Assembly (NCBI GenBank): GCA_028534125.1
Contig: CM052816.1
Span: 69,318,001-69,382,000, forward strand
Direction: 5' to 3'
DNA: 64,000 nt
DNA from: Lama glama
Lineage: Eukaryota
Positions 26,322 through 40,817 of this stretch are shown in pieces. Under the pieces are notes generated by a model. It was not told where the DNA came from and did no database searches. It worked only from the letters and a program-made list of their open reading frames with translations. Made by a program: the position numbers and the translations under genes. Every line of letters begins with the position of its first letter. Position 1 is the first letter of the stretch.

Positions 26322-29300
26322 TTTTTTTTTTTTTTAGTAGACTTTGTTTTTTTAGAGCAGTATTAGGTTTATAGCAAAACTGAGCAGAAAGTACAGAGAT
26401 TTTCCATATACTTCCTCCCACCGTACATGCATAGCCTCTCTGCCGTCAACATCCCCCACCAGAGTGGTACATTTGTTACAGTTGATGAACCTACACTGAC
26501 ACATCATTCACCCAAAGTCCATAGTTTATGTTAGGATTCACTCTTGGTGTTGCACGTTCTATGAATTTGGACAAATGTATAATGACATGTATCTACCATT
26601 ATATGATCATACAGAGTAATTTCACTGCCATAAACTTGTCTCCTCTGCCTGTTAATCCCTCCGTCCCCCCTGCCCCTTGGCAAACACTGATCTCTTTACT
26701 GTCTCCATAGTTTTGCCTTTTCCAGGATGTCATAGAGTTGAAAGAATACAGTCTATATGTAGCCTTTTCAGGTTGGCTTCTCTCATTCAGTAATAAGAAT
26801 TTAAGTGTCTGCCATGTATTTTCATAGCTTGATAGCTCATTTCTTTTTAGTACTCAATAATATTTCATTGCCTGGATATGCCACAGTTTATCCACTCACC
26901 TACCGAAGGACATCTTGGTTGCTTCCGGCTTTTGCCAGTTATGAATAGAGCTGCTATAAACATCCCTGTGCAGGGTTTTCTGTGGCTATAAGTTATCAGC
27001 TTCTTTGGGTAAATGTCAAGTAGTGGAGTGAAAGGATTATATAGTTTTTCTTCTTTAGACTGTTGTGACAGATTACTAATTGATTTTCTAATGTTGAACC
27101 AACCTGGCATACCTGGGTAATCCCAAGTGGTCGTGGTGTACAATTTTATGATTTTTATGATGCATTGTTGGATTTGATTTGCTAATATTTTGTTGAGGAT
27201 TTTTGTATTTATTTTCATTAAAGATATTGGTGTTTTCTTGGTATGTCTTTGTCTGGTTTTGGTATTAGGGTAATGCTGGCTTCACAGGACTAGTTAGGAA
27301 ATATTCCCTCTGCTTCTATCTTCTGAAAGAGATTGTAGGGCAGTAGTATAATTTCTTCCTTAAACGCTTGGTAGAATTCACCAGTGAAGCCATCCAGGCC
27401 TAGTGATATTTGTTTTGGAAAGTTATTCACTGTTGATTCAATTTCTTTAATAGATATGCGCCTATTCAAATTGTCTATTTATTCTTGTGTGAGTCTGGCA
27501 TATTGTGCCTTTCAAGGAATTGGTCCACTTCACTTAGTATCACCTTTGTAGGTATAGAGTTGTTCATAGCATACTTTTATTATCCTTTTAATGTCCATGG
27601 TTATATCCCCTCTTTCATTTCTGATATTAGTAATTTGTCCTCTTTTTTTCATAGCCTGATTTATTGATTTTATTGATCTTTTCAAAGAATGAGGTTTAGA
27701 TTTCATTGACTTTTTTCTGTTGATTTTCTGTTTTCAATTTCACTGATTTCTGCTCTAATTTTTATTGTTTCTCTTCTTCTGCTTACTTTGTATTTAATTT
27801 GCTCTTGTTTCTAGTTTCCTAAGATGGAAGCTTAGATAATTGAGTTTAGATTTTTCTTTTTTTCTAATATAAGCATTCACGGCTATAAACTTCACTTTAA
27901 CCACTGCTTTCATGGCATCCCACATCCCACATTTTGATAAGCTGTCTTTTCATTTTCATTTTGTCCAAAATATTTAATTTCTCTTGAGATTTTTTTATTG
28001 GTCCATATCTTATTTAGAAGTGTGTTTTTTAATCTCCACATATTTGAGATTTTCCCAGCTATTTTACTGGTACTCATTTCTAGTTTAGTTCCATTATGGT
28101 ATGTGAATAGACATTTTATGATTTCTATTCTTTTATATGTGTTTAAGTGTGGCTTTATGACCCAGAATGTGGTCAATTTTGGTGATTTGTTTTATGTGAG
28201 CTGGAGAAAAAAGTGTATTCTGCTATTGTTAGATATAGTCTATACACATCTATTGTATACAGTTAATTGATGGTTTTGTTGAGTTCAAGTACATCCTTAT
28301 TGACTTTCTGTTCATTTCTAATAGAGAAGTCTTGAAATCTCCAACTATAATAATGAATTCATCTATTTCTCCTTGTAGTTCTTTCAGTTTTTGCCATATG
28401 TATTTTGATGCCCTGCTATTTACACATATATGTTAAGGATTATTATGTTTTCTTGGAGAATTGACCCCTTCATCATTACATAATGTCTTTTTAAAAACTT
28501 TTTTCCAGTTCTATTGAGAAATAATTGATAAACATCACTGTATAAGTTTAAGGCATACAGCATGATGGTTTGATTTACATATATTGTAAAATGATTACCA
28601 TAATAGGTTCATCTAATATCCATCTTCTCATACATACAATAAAAAGATAAGAAAGAAGATTAAAGGAAACATTTTCTCCTTGTTATGGGAATTCTTAGGA
28701 TTTACTTAGTAACTTTTTTATATATCATACAGCAATATTAGCTATAGTTATCATATTGTATATTACATCCCTAGTACTTATTTATCTTATAACTGGAAGT
28801 TTGTACCTTTTGACCACCTTCCTCCAATTCTCCCATCTCCTCTCCTCTGCCTCTGGTAACTTTAAGTCTGATCTGATCCTCTTTCCATGTTTGGGTTTTA
28901 GTTTGGGTTTTTTGGTTTTTTGTTTTGTTTTGTTTTTAGATTCCACATATGTGAGATCATATAATTTTTGTCTCTCTCTGTCTGACTTATTTCACTTGGC
29001 ATAATGCCTTCAAGGTCCATCCATGTTGCCACAAGTGTTAGGATTTCCTCATTTTTAATGGCTAAATAATATTCTGTTTTATATATATATATATATAAAA
29101 TGAATATATGTATATACACCACAGCTTCTTTAAGCATGCATCTGTCAGTGGACACTTAGGTTGTTTCCATGTAGTGGCAATTATAAACAGTGATGCTATG
29201 AACATGGAGGTGCAGATATGTTTTCAAGTTAGTGTTTTCATTACCTACCTTTGAATATATTTCCAGTAGTGAAACTGATGGATCATATAATAGTTCTAGT

Positions 29301-31868
29301 TTAAATTTTTTGAGGACACTCTGAACTGTTTTCCATAGTGGCTGCACCAATTCGCAATCCCACTAACAGTGCACAAGGGTTCCCTTTTTAATACCCTTCT
29401 TTATCCCTGATAACTTTCCTTATTCTGAAATCTGCTCTGTTTGAAATTAATATGGCTACTCTTACTTTCCTTTGATTAGTGTAAGCATTGTATATCATTC
29501 TCCATCTATCAACTTTTAATCTATACGTCTTTATATTTCAAGTGAATTTCTTATAGGCAACATATAGTTGGGTCTTGTTTTTTGATCCACTCTGACAATC
29601 TCTGTCTTTTAACTGATATGTTTAGACCATTGACATTCAAAGAGATTATTGATAGAGTTGGATTATGGTATCAACCATTTTTGTTACTGTTTTCTATTTA
29701 TTGCCCCTGCTCTTTGTTTCCAATTTTGTCTTCCACAATTTTTCTGCCTTTTGTGGTTTTAATTGATTGTTTTATGATTCCACTTTCTCTCACTTCTTAG
29801 CATATTAATTATACTTGTCTTGTGGTGGTTGCCTTAGAGTTTGCAATATTCATTTATAATTAGTTAAGTCTACTTTCAAATAACATTATATTGTTTCACA
29901 GGTACTGTGAGTACCTTATAATAACAAAATAACACTAATTTCTCCCTCCTGTTCCTTGTGTCATTGCTGTCATCCATTTCACATATATCAGCATGCATAA
30001 GTGTGAGTATATATATATATATCTCAGCATACACAAGCACATATATGTATGTATGAATATATATACATATGTGAACTTACATTGTTGAGAATGTTGCCGT
30101 TATTATTTTGAAGAAACTGTTAGATCAATTAAAAATAAGAAAAATAAAACTTTTAATCTTACCTTCACTTATTCCTTCTTCAATGCTCTTCCTTTCTTTA
30201 TATACTTAATTTCTGACATGGGTCATTTTTCTTCTCTCTAAAGAATTTAACATTTCTTGCAAGGCAAGTGGCAACAAATTCTCCCCATTTTTATTTGTCT
30301 GAGAAAGTCTTTATTTCTCAGGGTACAAAATTTTTGGTTGGTGTTTTTTTCTCTCAACTCTTTTTGAAATATTTTGACTTCACTGTCTTCTTGCTTGCCT
30401 GGTTTCTGAGAAGTGAGGTATAATTCTTATCATTGCTCCTCTACAGGTAAGTTATTTTCTTCTTCTGGCTTTTTTCAGAATTTGTTCTTTATGTTTGATT
30501 TTCTGTAGTTTCAAAAGTTATGCCTGGGTATAGTTTTTTTGGCATTCATCCTGCTCGATGTTCTCTGAACTTCCTGGATCTGTGGTTTGTTATCTGACAT
30601 TAATTGAAGGAAATGTTCAGTCATTACTGTTTAAAATATTTCTCCTGTTGCCTTCTCTGTTTTCCTTTTCATATTCCTATTAAATGTGTGTGATACCTTT
30701 GTAGTTGTCTCACAATTCTGGAATATTTTGTTTGGGTTTTTTTTTTTTTCTTTCCCAGTCTTTTTTTTTTTTTTCTTTTTTTTCCTGTTTGCTTTTCAGT
30801 TTTGGCGTTTTCTACTGAGATATCTTTAAGTTCAAAGATTCTTTCCTCAGTCATGTGCAACCTACCGTAAGTCCATCAAAGGCACTCTTCATTCCTGTTA
30901 GTCTTTTTGATTTCTAGGATTTCTTTTAGTTCTTTCTTAGAATTTCCGCCTTTCTGCATACGCTGCCCGTCTGTTCTTGCATGCTGTTTCTTTCATCCCT
31001 TAGAGCCCTTAGCATATTAATCCGAGTTGTTTTAAATTCCTGATCTGATCATTTCAACATCCTGGCCGTGTATGAATGTGGTTCTGATGTTTGTTCTCTC
31101 TTCCAACTGTGTTTTTTGCCTTTTAGTGTGCCTTATCATAGTTCCCAGCTATGATGGGCTGGCTAAAAGGAACTGCTGGAATTAGGCCTTTAGTCATGTA
31201 TGGGGAGGTGCAGGGGCTGGGAAACACTTCATAGTCCTACGATTATATCTCAGTCTTTAAGTGAACTTGTCCCCTGGATTGTAAACTTTACATGTGCTTC
31301 TCTTAGGTGGGACTGGACAGCTAGAGAGGGCTGGACTTGGGTATTCCCCTTCCCCCAGGGCAGCTGGACTCTGTACAAGCCCAAGCAAGTTAGGCTCAGG
31401 CTAAACAGTTTCTCCTGAGGGCAGGCCTTGTTAAGAACAGACTTCTCTGACATGTTTCAAAATGGTTCCTTTTCCCCTGCCAGAATATTTCTCCAATGTT
31501 CACTGTGAGAACCTGGTAGAAATGCAATAGGTAAAACTCACAGAGGTGTGGGACCCCCTAATGACTGGGTCTCCCTGGAATTTTTAACTCTCGGCATCAT
31601 CCACACTGAGCCTCCAGCCTATCATGAGTTACATGCGGTTCAGGTTTTCACACCCTGCACTGTCTCTGGCAGAGGTTTCTACTCAGGAGAGTTGTGATTC
31701 TCTGTATTCTCCTGTGAGTCTCTACACTTTGGGGGGCTTGCCCTGTGACCTTGCCTCTCTTACAGATGTAAGAAGAGTTGTTGATTTTCCACTTTGTTCA
31801 GCTTTTTACTTGCTGTTAGAATAGAGTGTTGACTTCCAAGCTCCTACATGGTAGACCAGAAACCAGAA
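26322..31868 (-). mobile_element. Old L1 (L1MC-like), long and internally deleted, inserted into an L2
   Basis: Poly-T at 26322, L1MC-type 3'UTR, decayed ORF2 peptides ([28 protein letters not shown]), ORF1-like fragment (EERIFELKD). L2 sequence resumes on both sides. Confidence 0.88.
28490..29390 (-). mobile_element. Younger 5'-truncated L1 nested inside the L1MC-like element
   Basis: ORF2 C-terminal peptides (VQPLWKTV; TWMDLEGIMPSEISQTERDK) and 3'UTR. Host sequence resumes at about 29390 with a degenerate TSD taatgtcttt / taataccctt. Confidence 0.85.
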
Positions 31869-34539
31869 CTAGCCTCTGTTTTTTGTCTCTGCTGTTTTCT
31901 CTGTCTGGAATCCTTTTCCTGCAGAGCTTTTCCATGCTGCACCTTCACTTCATTCCAGAATCATTGTGGCTTCCACATCCCTCCTTTCTCCTCCTGCCTT
32001 GGAGACCCTGGAAGTAAGATGGAGGGAGAACGCATCCCTGAGTCCCTGACCCCACCTGGATTTTGTGAAAGAAGAAATCTTTGTTGCATAAGCCAGTGAG
32101 ATTGTGTGGTTCATTTGTTGAGGCAGCTGACTTTAATTATCCTGACAAATACCATCTCCTTTTCTCCCATCTCCCTTCCATCATCCAGTGCTACTTTTCT
32201 TCATACACTTACTGTCTAATATATACACGTCTATATATTCATTGTCTCTCCCTATTAGGATGTCAATTTTGGGGGGCAGCAAGTTTGTTTCAGGGACTAA
32301 GAATACAGCAATTAACAAAACAGACATGGCAGGCAACCCACAAATGTCTGCTCAATGCATGAATGAGAGGATGCCCACTTCCTATCTCCCTGGAGGTCAG
32401 CTCCTCTCCGCAGCTCTTCCTGAGTCTGGGTCTGTTTGCCTCTGCCGATGGCTGTAACTAAATGTTTCTAAGGACAGATAAGTGACACTTCTCTTAAAAT
32501 CAACAACCTTAAAGCTAACTCAGCCACCCAGAACACCACGCCACATTTTCTGAGATTGCTGGAGATTACACAGCTGGCTGATTTACATTTGTATTTGGCT
32601 ACTTGTATAATATTATAAATAACAGTATATTCCTGATTTACTTGAAAGCTCTTTGTTTAATGTATCAAGCATCACACAAATATATGCATAGGATTTCATA
32701 AGCACTTCTATCCTTTAAAATTTTATTTCCTACTGTATCTTCATAGCAGCCCTTCCATAGACAGAGCAAATATCTCCACTGTCACAGGTCAGGAAACCCA
32801 ACTGCAGAGAGGGTTCTCTGCTGAGGGCCCGTGGCTTGGAAGAGGAACAGTGGCTACTCAGCTGTGCTTGGAACTTCCATTGTCTGCTTCGTAGGTCTGC
32901 CCTCTGCTGGCTCCTCAGAATTGCTATCATTAAAGAGTGTTGAGCACTTACTAGAAGCTTTGTAGCTGAGATTTAATAGTAGGCCTGGACTCAGGGACAG
33001 CTCTGTGTCTGAAAAAAAAGGATGTCTCTGCCCCTAGTTGGTTTCACCAGGAGTATAAGCAGGAAGTTTTGTCTGCTTTCTTCACTACTGTGAAGTAGTG
33101 CCCAGCATATTAAATAAATTTGTCGAATGATTGAATGAATAAATGAACAAATGAATCTTTCTGAACATTAGTTTCTTAGTCTTCAAAATGGGAATAAAAG
33201 TAACTCATTTTATGTGATTATAATGAGATTTAATGAAGTGGTAAGTTCATGTGGTATTTTATAATGCTCAAAGTGTAAAAATAATTTTAATATAATTTAA
33301 AACAGCCAGTTTTTAATTAAAATCAATTTCCCAAATTGTGTAGTTCATCCCTGAAATGAGTAGAGAGCTCATTGACTTGGACACATTTTCATATTTGGAT
33401 TCTACGATATTCACTTCTTCTACAGTGGTATTTATAGCTGAGAATGCACCACAAGGACCTAAAAATTTATACACTACTATAGATCAAATTCCTCATTTTT
33501 CAGCACTGGACCCCTTTCACACACAGCTCATTCCTACTCCAAAATCAAACCAAGGGCCTGATTCAATAATCATTACCTGCCAGCTCCCTTTATAAATTTC
33601 CCACTTTCCTCAAACATGTGTTTCCTAAGCGAACTCAGTTATTGACTGATGGGTGTGTTCTTAAAGACATATTTCCCCATTGCTTTTTTACTGTCCCCTT
33701 TTGAATCATGGCCTCTGGTTTACTTCTAAGTGTCAATATATACAAGTTCATAGTTTGGAAGTCAATATTTTGTACCAGAAGTCACAAATTGTCAAGCCAA
33801 GGCCTGAATCTGGTCTAATGTTTAGTTTGACCAGCATTTAAAATGTAGGAGATTTTTACTTCTTTTGGAAAAAAAAATCTGAAAATATGGCTACGCTGAA
33901 CTGGCACTTCTGCATAGCAATTATTAGCTCTTTCCATTTAGATGGGGACGTTCTTGTGCATTCCCCACCATCCTTATTACTTTTAAGTATCTTATACCCA
34001 AGATCACCTTCCATCTCAATGTCTATAGACGTAGAAGAGTTTATCCCTCACACATCTTCCAGGGCAAAAGCAATCATCCCAGTGGCATCATCACCATGAA
34101 TAATTCAGATCTCTCTCTTCCATAGACTTCTTCCAACCCCACACTCACTTCCAAATACCTTCTGGACTTCTCCCGCAGAATACCTGTCCGTTTGTCCTTC
34201 CTTGCTTGCTTCCTTCCTTCCATTAAACAAGTAAGAAACAGGATATAAAGAAGATACCTGCTTCACCCTTCATGGAGCTGGTGAACGAACTTAGCATGGA
34301 AGCCATATGCTATATGCAGTGGTTAGGGCATATGCAGGAAATCATGGAACTTAGCAGACCATGGAGGGAGGTGCGGTGGTAGTTAGGGACATCTTTCTGA
34401 AGCAAATTGTGCTTGGCTTGATTAATTCAGACTAGAGAATGACTTTCATTCCAGAGAATTGACAGAAATCAGAAACCTAAGGACCCACACTACCTTGTTC
34501 ATCTGTTGTACCAACATATGGCTGCTTGGTATGGGTCGC

Positions 34540-35090
34540 TCACTATATTAGTGGTAACCAAGACTGAAATGGTCCCATGGAAGCTAGAATCAAGAAAAGC
34601 CTGGCTAACCAAGTGGATGGAGGGGTTATTTGCTGAGATGAGGCATATATCGAGCAGGTTTGACCCAGGAAGATGAGAGTGCAGTTTTTGGACATTGAGT
34701 TTGAGGTGCCTACAGGACACCCAGGTAGAAATGTTCAGTAGTCAATTGCACAAAAAAGTCTAGAACCCAGAGAGAGATGGAAGATGCAGACATAGAGCTA
34801 GAAGTCACCGGTTCACAGGTGGTAATTGAGGAGCTGTGAAATGTAAAATCACCAGAGTGAGAGAGCATAGACAAGAGATAGGAATGGTGGCCAACCACAG
34901 ATAATATCCTTCAAACACTCCTTTTCTACTGCATGCCTGAGACGGAGAGATCGGATAGTTAAGAGGAAATTCAGGAGAGTGATGTCTTAGAAAAGAGAAA
35001 AAAAATTTCAAAGAAGAGAGGGAAAAAGTCACATCAGCAAAAGATGAAGAGCATCCATTTGGATTTGGCCAAAGAGGTCATTCAACCGGA
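34540..35090 (-). mobile_element. L2 fragment
   Basis: gtttttggacattgagtttgaggtgcct...gacacccaggtagaaatgttcagtag is the L2 antisense signature. Confidence 0.75.
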
Positions 35091-36901
35091 TCACAGTATC
35101 CAAACCCTGCTGGCTGGCCCCAGATCTTCTCCCTCCTGGGTTAGAGTACAGAGGTGCTCCCAAGGTGGAAGCTTCAGTTACCCTTAACTCCTACTGCTCC
35201 TGCATCTCTCACCTGTATCCTGAAATTAGCCCCCCTTCTCCATCCATTCCACCACCACCTGAGTTTAGGCCGCATTCTTACTATAATGGACTGTTGCAAA
35301 TGCCCTGGTATTATTTGCTTTCCACTTTGGCCATACTAGCTTTCCCACTGTTTCCTCAACAGGCTATATGCCTGTCAAGACTTAGGGCTTTTACACAGTC
35401 TCCTTCCTCTGCCTGAAGCACCCACCTCTATTAATCTGCTTGATAAAACTGTTGGCTGTACATCAAAATCCTGTTAATTTCCCCCCATGAAGCTTCTCTT
35501 TGCAAACCTGGCAGAATAATTTATTCCTTCCCTTGTGTTCTCACAGCATTCTGTTCATAAGTGTTTTGTGGCATCTATCCCATTGTGTTACGGATTCATT
35601 ACCAGTCTGCCCCCTTTGCACAGACTTCAGACTGAAAATCCTAAGAATTTGAGGTGATGATTCTTACAGACTGGCATTACCCTTAGTTCATACCTATATT
35701 CTTTGTGGCTATTATAATGTAGGAATACAGGAGGTACTCAAATATTTCATGTTACGAGTCAACAAATATGTAGTAGCTATAGGAAATGTAAGCATGTTTC
35801 AAAGTGGACATTAGCCAACTTTGGGAGAAGAATCAAAGGAGAAGTTTGGGATAAATATGGTGAGTTTCAGTTCCTGGATATAGAAGTAGAAAGAATCTTT
35901 CATTTTTATCCTTTAGCTCAGAGAAAAAAAAAAGTCATTTTTAAAGTTAAAATGTAGGCAGTCAAGAAGAGGAAAGAGAAAGAAAAAAGAAAAAAGCATC
36001 TTGTCGAGAGAAGCCTGGGTCCCTCATGGCTGATGGTGGTGGCTCTCCCAGGAGCAGCCATGTCCACCTGGCTTGCTGATTCATTCTAATGAAGCCTTTA
36101 TCTCATCACCATTTTTGGAATTGCATTCATTCACCTTTTTCTGGAGGTCAGCCCTTTCAGGAAAATCTAAAATTCAAAGAAGTAAACCAACAAGCATACC
36201 TAAAAAAATAAACAGCCAAACAGAATCTAAGTGAAATTTTACTAAAAATCAGTTTTGACAATATCTTCACAACTCCTCCAAGACACCTATCAAAACACAT
36301 TAACGAATGTCTCTAAGACGAGGAAATGACTTGGAAGAGAAATGAATATGTACACAGCAGAGAACTTAATCAGCATAGCATTCCGGGAGAGTACTGCCAT
36401 TCACAAAACCATGTTAGGTTTTAGAACTATGTGCTAATCTTAGTTAATCTTACTGAGGTGGGTACAGAGCAGACCTGTTATTTAAATATGAAATGTAAAT
36501 GAGTTTGGGGGGTTGGAGAGTGGTGAGTGGTAGGAAGTTGAGGGCCTACAGTAAGCAAGGGAGAGCCTCCCCTCAGGGGGATACTGATATAGTCCTTCCC
36601 TTTGGGGACAGGCCGGGATATGGGTCCTGTGTTGCCATATGCCTTGATTTTTCTAAGAAGCCAGAAATCCTGATTTGTGTATAAAATGTCCTCATTTTGA
36701 AAATGTTATGTGAGTCTAGTAATATGTTTCTAAAGGTATCATTTGCTCTGTAGGTTTCCAGTTTGCAGCACCCATTTTGAAAGTCCAAGTTATATCTTAC
36801 CTGCCTGAATCCTGGCTGAAGAAACAACGTCTGAGCCCTGTGAAGTGATGCTGTGTAGCATGAAATGTGCTTCTCCTGGAAAGTGTATGTACCTGTTCCT
36901 C

Positions 36902-36902
36902 T

Positions 36903-36938
<36 letters not shown>

Positions 36939-36947
36939 ATATACATA
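36902..36947. repeat. (TG)n microsatellite
   Basis: Direct observation. Confidence 0.95.
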
Positions 36948-37265
36948 CAGTTGACTCTTAAACAACACAGGTTTGAACCCATTTATACACATATTTTCAG
37001 TTAATCTAGGACCTGTATTTTCATTTTACAGATCTTTAAATTAACGTGAAATTAAGTGTGGGGAAAACTTTGTTTTCAATTAGAGATCACAGCATCTGGA
37101 ATCAAAAGAACTAGGGTTTGAGTTCTGATTCTAAGCCACCTGTCTCAACTTCCTGCTGTTGGGTGAATCACTTATCCTCTGTTTTTGAGTCAGAGATAGC
37201 AGTACTTGGATTTCTGACTGCATGGGATTTCAGCGCCCCAGCCCATGCATTACTCAAGGGTCAGC

Positions 37266-37267
<2 letters not shown>
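36948..37267. mobile_element. Tigger2-family non-autonomous DNA transposon
   Basis: Terminal inverted repeats cagttgactcttaaacaa / ttactcaagggtcagctg, with TA on the left flank. Confidence 0.8.
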
Positions 37268-37297
<30 letters not shown>

Positions 37298-37319
37298 TAT
37301 AAATATGTATATATATATA
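37268..37319. repeat. (TG)n(TA)n microsatellite
   Basis: Direct observation. Confidence 0.95.
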
Positions 37320-37599
37320 AAATACCAGGTGCTGGTTTTCTATAAAGCACTGTGTTAATTACATGACAAACATCACACTTAATATTCATCTAAAAAGGTT
37401 GTTTTGAGGATTGTTATTCCCAAATGATAAAGGAGGAAATGGAGACTCAGAGAATACATGACCTTCTTAGGGTCAAAAAGCTGGTAAGTGGAGTCCTGGG
37501 GTTAAACCAGGGGCTGCAGGATGCCACACCTCTGTTTCCAGCCGCCACTCTGGACTTCCTCTCAAGTAAAGGAGACACAGAGAGGCAGAGGGGCTGCCT

Positions 37600-38115
37600 G
37601 AGGTGTTGTTTTTGTTTTAAGCCTTTTGAATAAACTCATATGATTCAAAACTCAACAACGTAAAGTATACAGTGGAGTCTTGCCCCTGTACTGTCTGCTG
37701 TCTACTTCCAACCCTCTCCCCGATCCCTGTCCAAAAGCAAAAACTTTTATAATTTCTTGTTATCATTCAAGAGTTTCCTTACTCAAATATATGTATGCCT
37801 CCGTTTCCTTTACACAAAGGTGGCATATTGTATACATTGTCCTGGGACTTTTTAAAAACAACATCTCTTAGAAATATTTCCATGTCAGTCTACAGAAAGC
37901 ATCCTCATTCTTTTTTACAGAACCGTGACATTACACTATATGGGTGTACTATAATGTGTTGAAACATTCCATTCCCCAGTCAATGGACGTTTCTGGGTAC
38001 TATTTTGGTCATTCTACCTTACTGAATTCTCTTATTGCTTATAGTAATTTTTCTGTTGATTCTTTTGGGTTCTCCTGGATTACAATATCATTTCCAGTTT
38101 TATACTACTGATTTC
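37600..38115 (-). mobile_element. Ancient L1 (L1ME-like) fragments
   Basis: tttccatgtcagt...cctcattctttttt and ttctgttgattcttttgggtt motifs. Confidence 0.6.
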
Positions 38116-40599
38116 CTTTTCTTGTATCACGTCATTGGTCATTGCCAATTGACCTGAGGTTTTAAAGGTGTAGGGCTTAGTCATAGAGAGGATGGGCATT
38201 CCAGGTGGGAAGAACGTCAGAGACTCAAAGATGTAAAACACCACGGTGGGGGCTGAGAAATACAAGAAATAAGTGATAATAATACAAGGTGTAGAAGGAC
38301 TGAAGGGGAAAATAGGCTGCAGGAGACAGGAATGGATAAGAGGCTTGTGAAATGAGGGGAGTGGAAAGATCCTACAGGAGTAAGTTGGCTCCATTGAAGG
38401 TGGTGAGCCTGAGGCTGGAAGCTCCTTCTGGAACTATTACATGGTTCCAGGTGAATGTGAGAAAGGTGAACAATGTCAGCAAGGAGAGCAAGAAGAGGCT
38501 GATAATATCAATACCATTTAGAAGGTAACCTGACAAGGCAGAGGCATGAGGAAGGAGGAGAATCTGGATGGTTAGGCGGTGTCCTTACCTGAGATAAAGA
38601 ATGCAGAGGAGCACGTTTTGCGAGGAAGAGAAGTTTGACTTTCAAAATGATCATCTTGAGATGTCCTGCACTACAGAAAGGAAAGGTACTATCTCACCTC
38701 AACTTTGAATTGCTTGATGGGCATCTTGCTCTTGTGTTTGGCAAATGGTGGAAGTTAGACCTAAACCCAGCTTTCTTAATGCCAAGATCAGCAGTCATTC
38801 CAGTGTGCACGCTGCTTTCAAAATAAGCAGAGCACATGAAAGAACATAACTGAAAACAAGTGCAGCTGGTTAAAACAAGGCTGCAAACTTCAGGAGAGAA
38901 GAGTGGAGGAGGCCCTGCTAGCTGGACAGACTGGGATCACATAAGCAGCAGAACCCTAACAATTGGGGCTTTGACCTTCTACTTGTATTTAGAGAATACA
39001 AGTAGAAAATAATACTTTTTTAAAATTCTGCACATTTTAAGTTGTCCTCCTACACCATCTCTGTTGGGAAAGGTAATCCTGAACATCCCTCTGCATCCTT
39101 GCTGGGTGTGTGAGGAAGCGGGCCCCTGGCCCCACTTTACCTCGGTCATGTCTCAGGGTTGCGTTTGCTGAGGGCAACCCTGAGGAATGAGATGATGTCT
39201 CCCATGGCATAAAGGGGAGGCTGTCTACTGTTGGCTGTAAAACAGTGGATTCCCAGACTCACTGTCCTTTCCTGTAGTGCATGTGCAGGTGGCCATCTCA
39301 GGCCATCTGTTACCCCCAGGGGACTGGCCAGAGGGGTGTGGCAAGAGGAATCCATGTGAAAGTGGTGGTGGTCCTGCTGCGCCATGAATATTACGGTCCC
39401 TTCTCTCTGAAGCACAAGCCGATGTCTTCTGGCGGCATTCATGGAATAGTAACGGGCTAACTTATCAGCTTAAAAATAGGCTAAAATCAAATCCCACATC
39501 CCGACCCTCCCCACCACTGCCAGTTTTGAGTCCTGGCACTCATTTTGCTCTTAAGAGCTCGTGGGAGCCTCCTTAGCAGCCAAGGGATGCGTTGGCAGGA
39601 AAATCAAGGTCAGGGAGTCCACTTCCTTCGGTGCTTAAGTAGGGACCCGCTGACCTCCTCCCCCGACCCTCATTGTCCCTTCATGCTGTAAGAGGATGTC
39701 CCAGCTCATGGCACCCTCATGACTAATTTTGGCGCTCTGAAGCATAATGACTAAGGTTAGATAGTTTGGGGTCTTCCAAAAGCTCAGCATCGAATTTCCA
39801 CTCAACCATGTCTGTGCTTCTCTCTCTGGATAACTAAGACATGAGGTGCCCCATCCGGACCGTTCACCATGCCATCTGCCTCCATCCACAGCCCAGACTC
39901 ACAAGAGCCAAAAGGAGCAAAGAAAGCAGAGAGCTGAAAGGAAATGTGGAACCAGCTCATGATAAATATATAGCAGTCCATTCATTGCTTTCTCATTATT
40001 TTTCTAACTCTTTTCCCACGGTAATTAATTCTTTGCTTTGGCCTAAGACACAAAAAGGCTTCTCCCACAACCACAGGAGAAAGCATAAATCAGAAATAAA
40101 CCAGCTCATACGAGGCTTGTTTGATCGTCATCTTGTGGTTCAGAAAACCTCAGGCCTTGAATGTGAATTACGCTAATCCGGGATCGTCAGCACCCCGAAG
40201 AAACAAAAAGTCTTTTTTGTGGATGACTAACACAAGACTAGGCTTCAAAACATTTCTATAAATTATTTTTCAAATACAACCCCAAATCTCAATGACTGCC
40301 AGAAATATGATGAGACAAGGCTGTGAATAAGAACCAGCAGAAACAACAGATCCACAGGGAACCCAGCTGTTGGAGTCATCAGACAGAGACTGGACAGCAG
40401 TGACTCCCGCAGACGTGTTTGAGCTTGGCTGATATAACCTTGAATGTGGCATAAACTCTCTCACAGAACCAGTCACTTGTACTCTTCTCTCCAGCTCTTC
40501 CCATCTTCTTCTATCTCCCTCCCTCATTTTGCCTTTTCCAGAATCTTCTCTCTTTTCCTGCAGACATCTTCTCTTCTGTTTTTCAAGGTGCTCAGGTTT

Positions 40600-40815
40600 C
40601 TTTGTAGTGGTTTAACATGCAGGCTCTGGAAACAGCCTGCCTGGATTCGAGTCCTGGCTCCACAATTTACCCAGGGCAAGTCACTCAGCCTTTAAGCCTT
40701 GATTTTGACATCTAGAATCTGTACCTACCTCATAGGGTTGTTATTAGGGTTAAATTAATGGATACAGGCAGTGTTAGAAGAGTGCATGGCATTTGACTGT
40801 GCTCCGTAACTATGA
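40600..40815 (+). mobile_element. MIR SINE
   Basis: aggctctggaaacagcctgcctggattcgagtcctggctc...gtacctacctcatagggttgtt. Confidence 0.8.
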
Positions 40816-40817
40816 GC

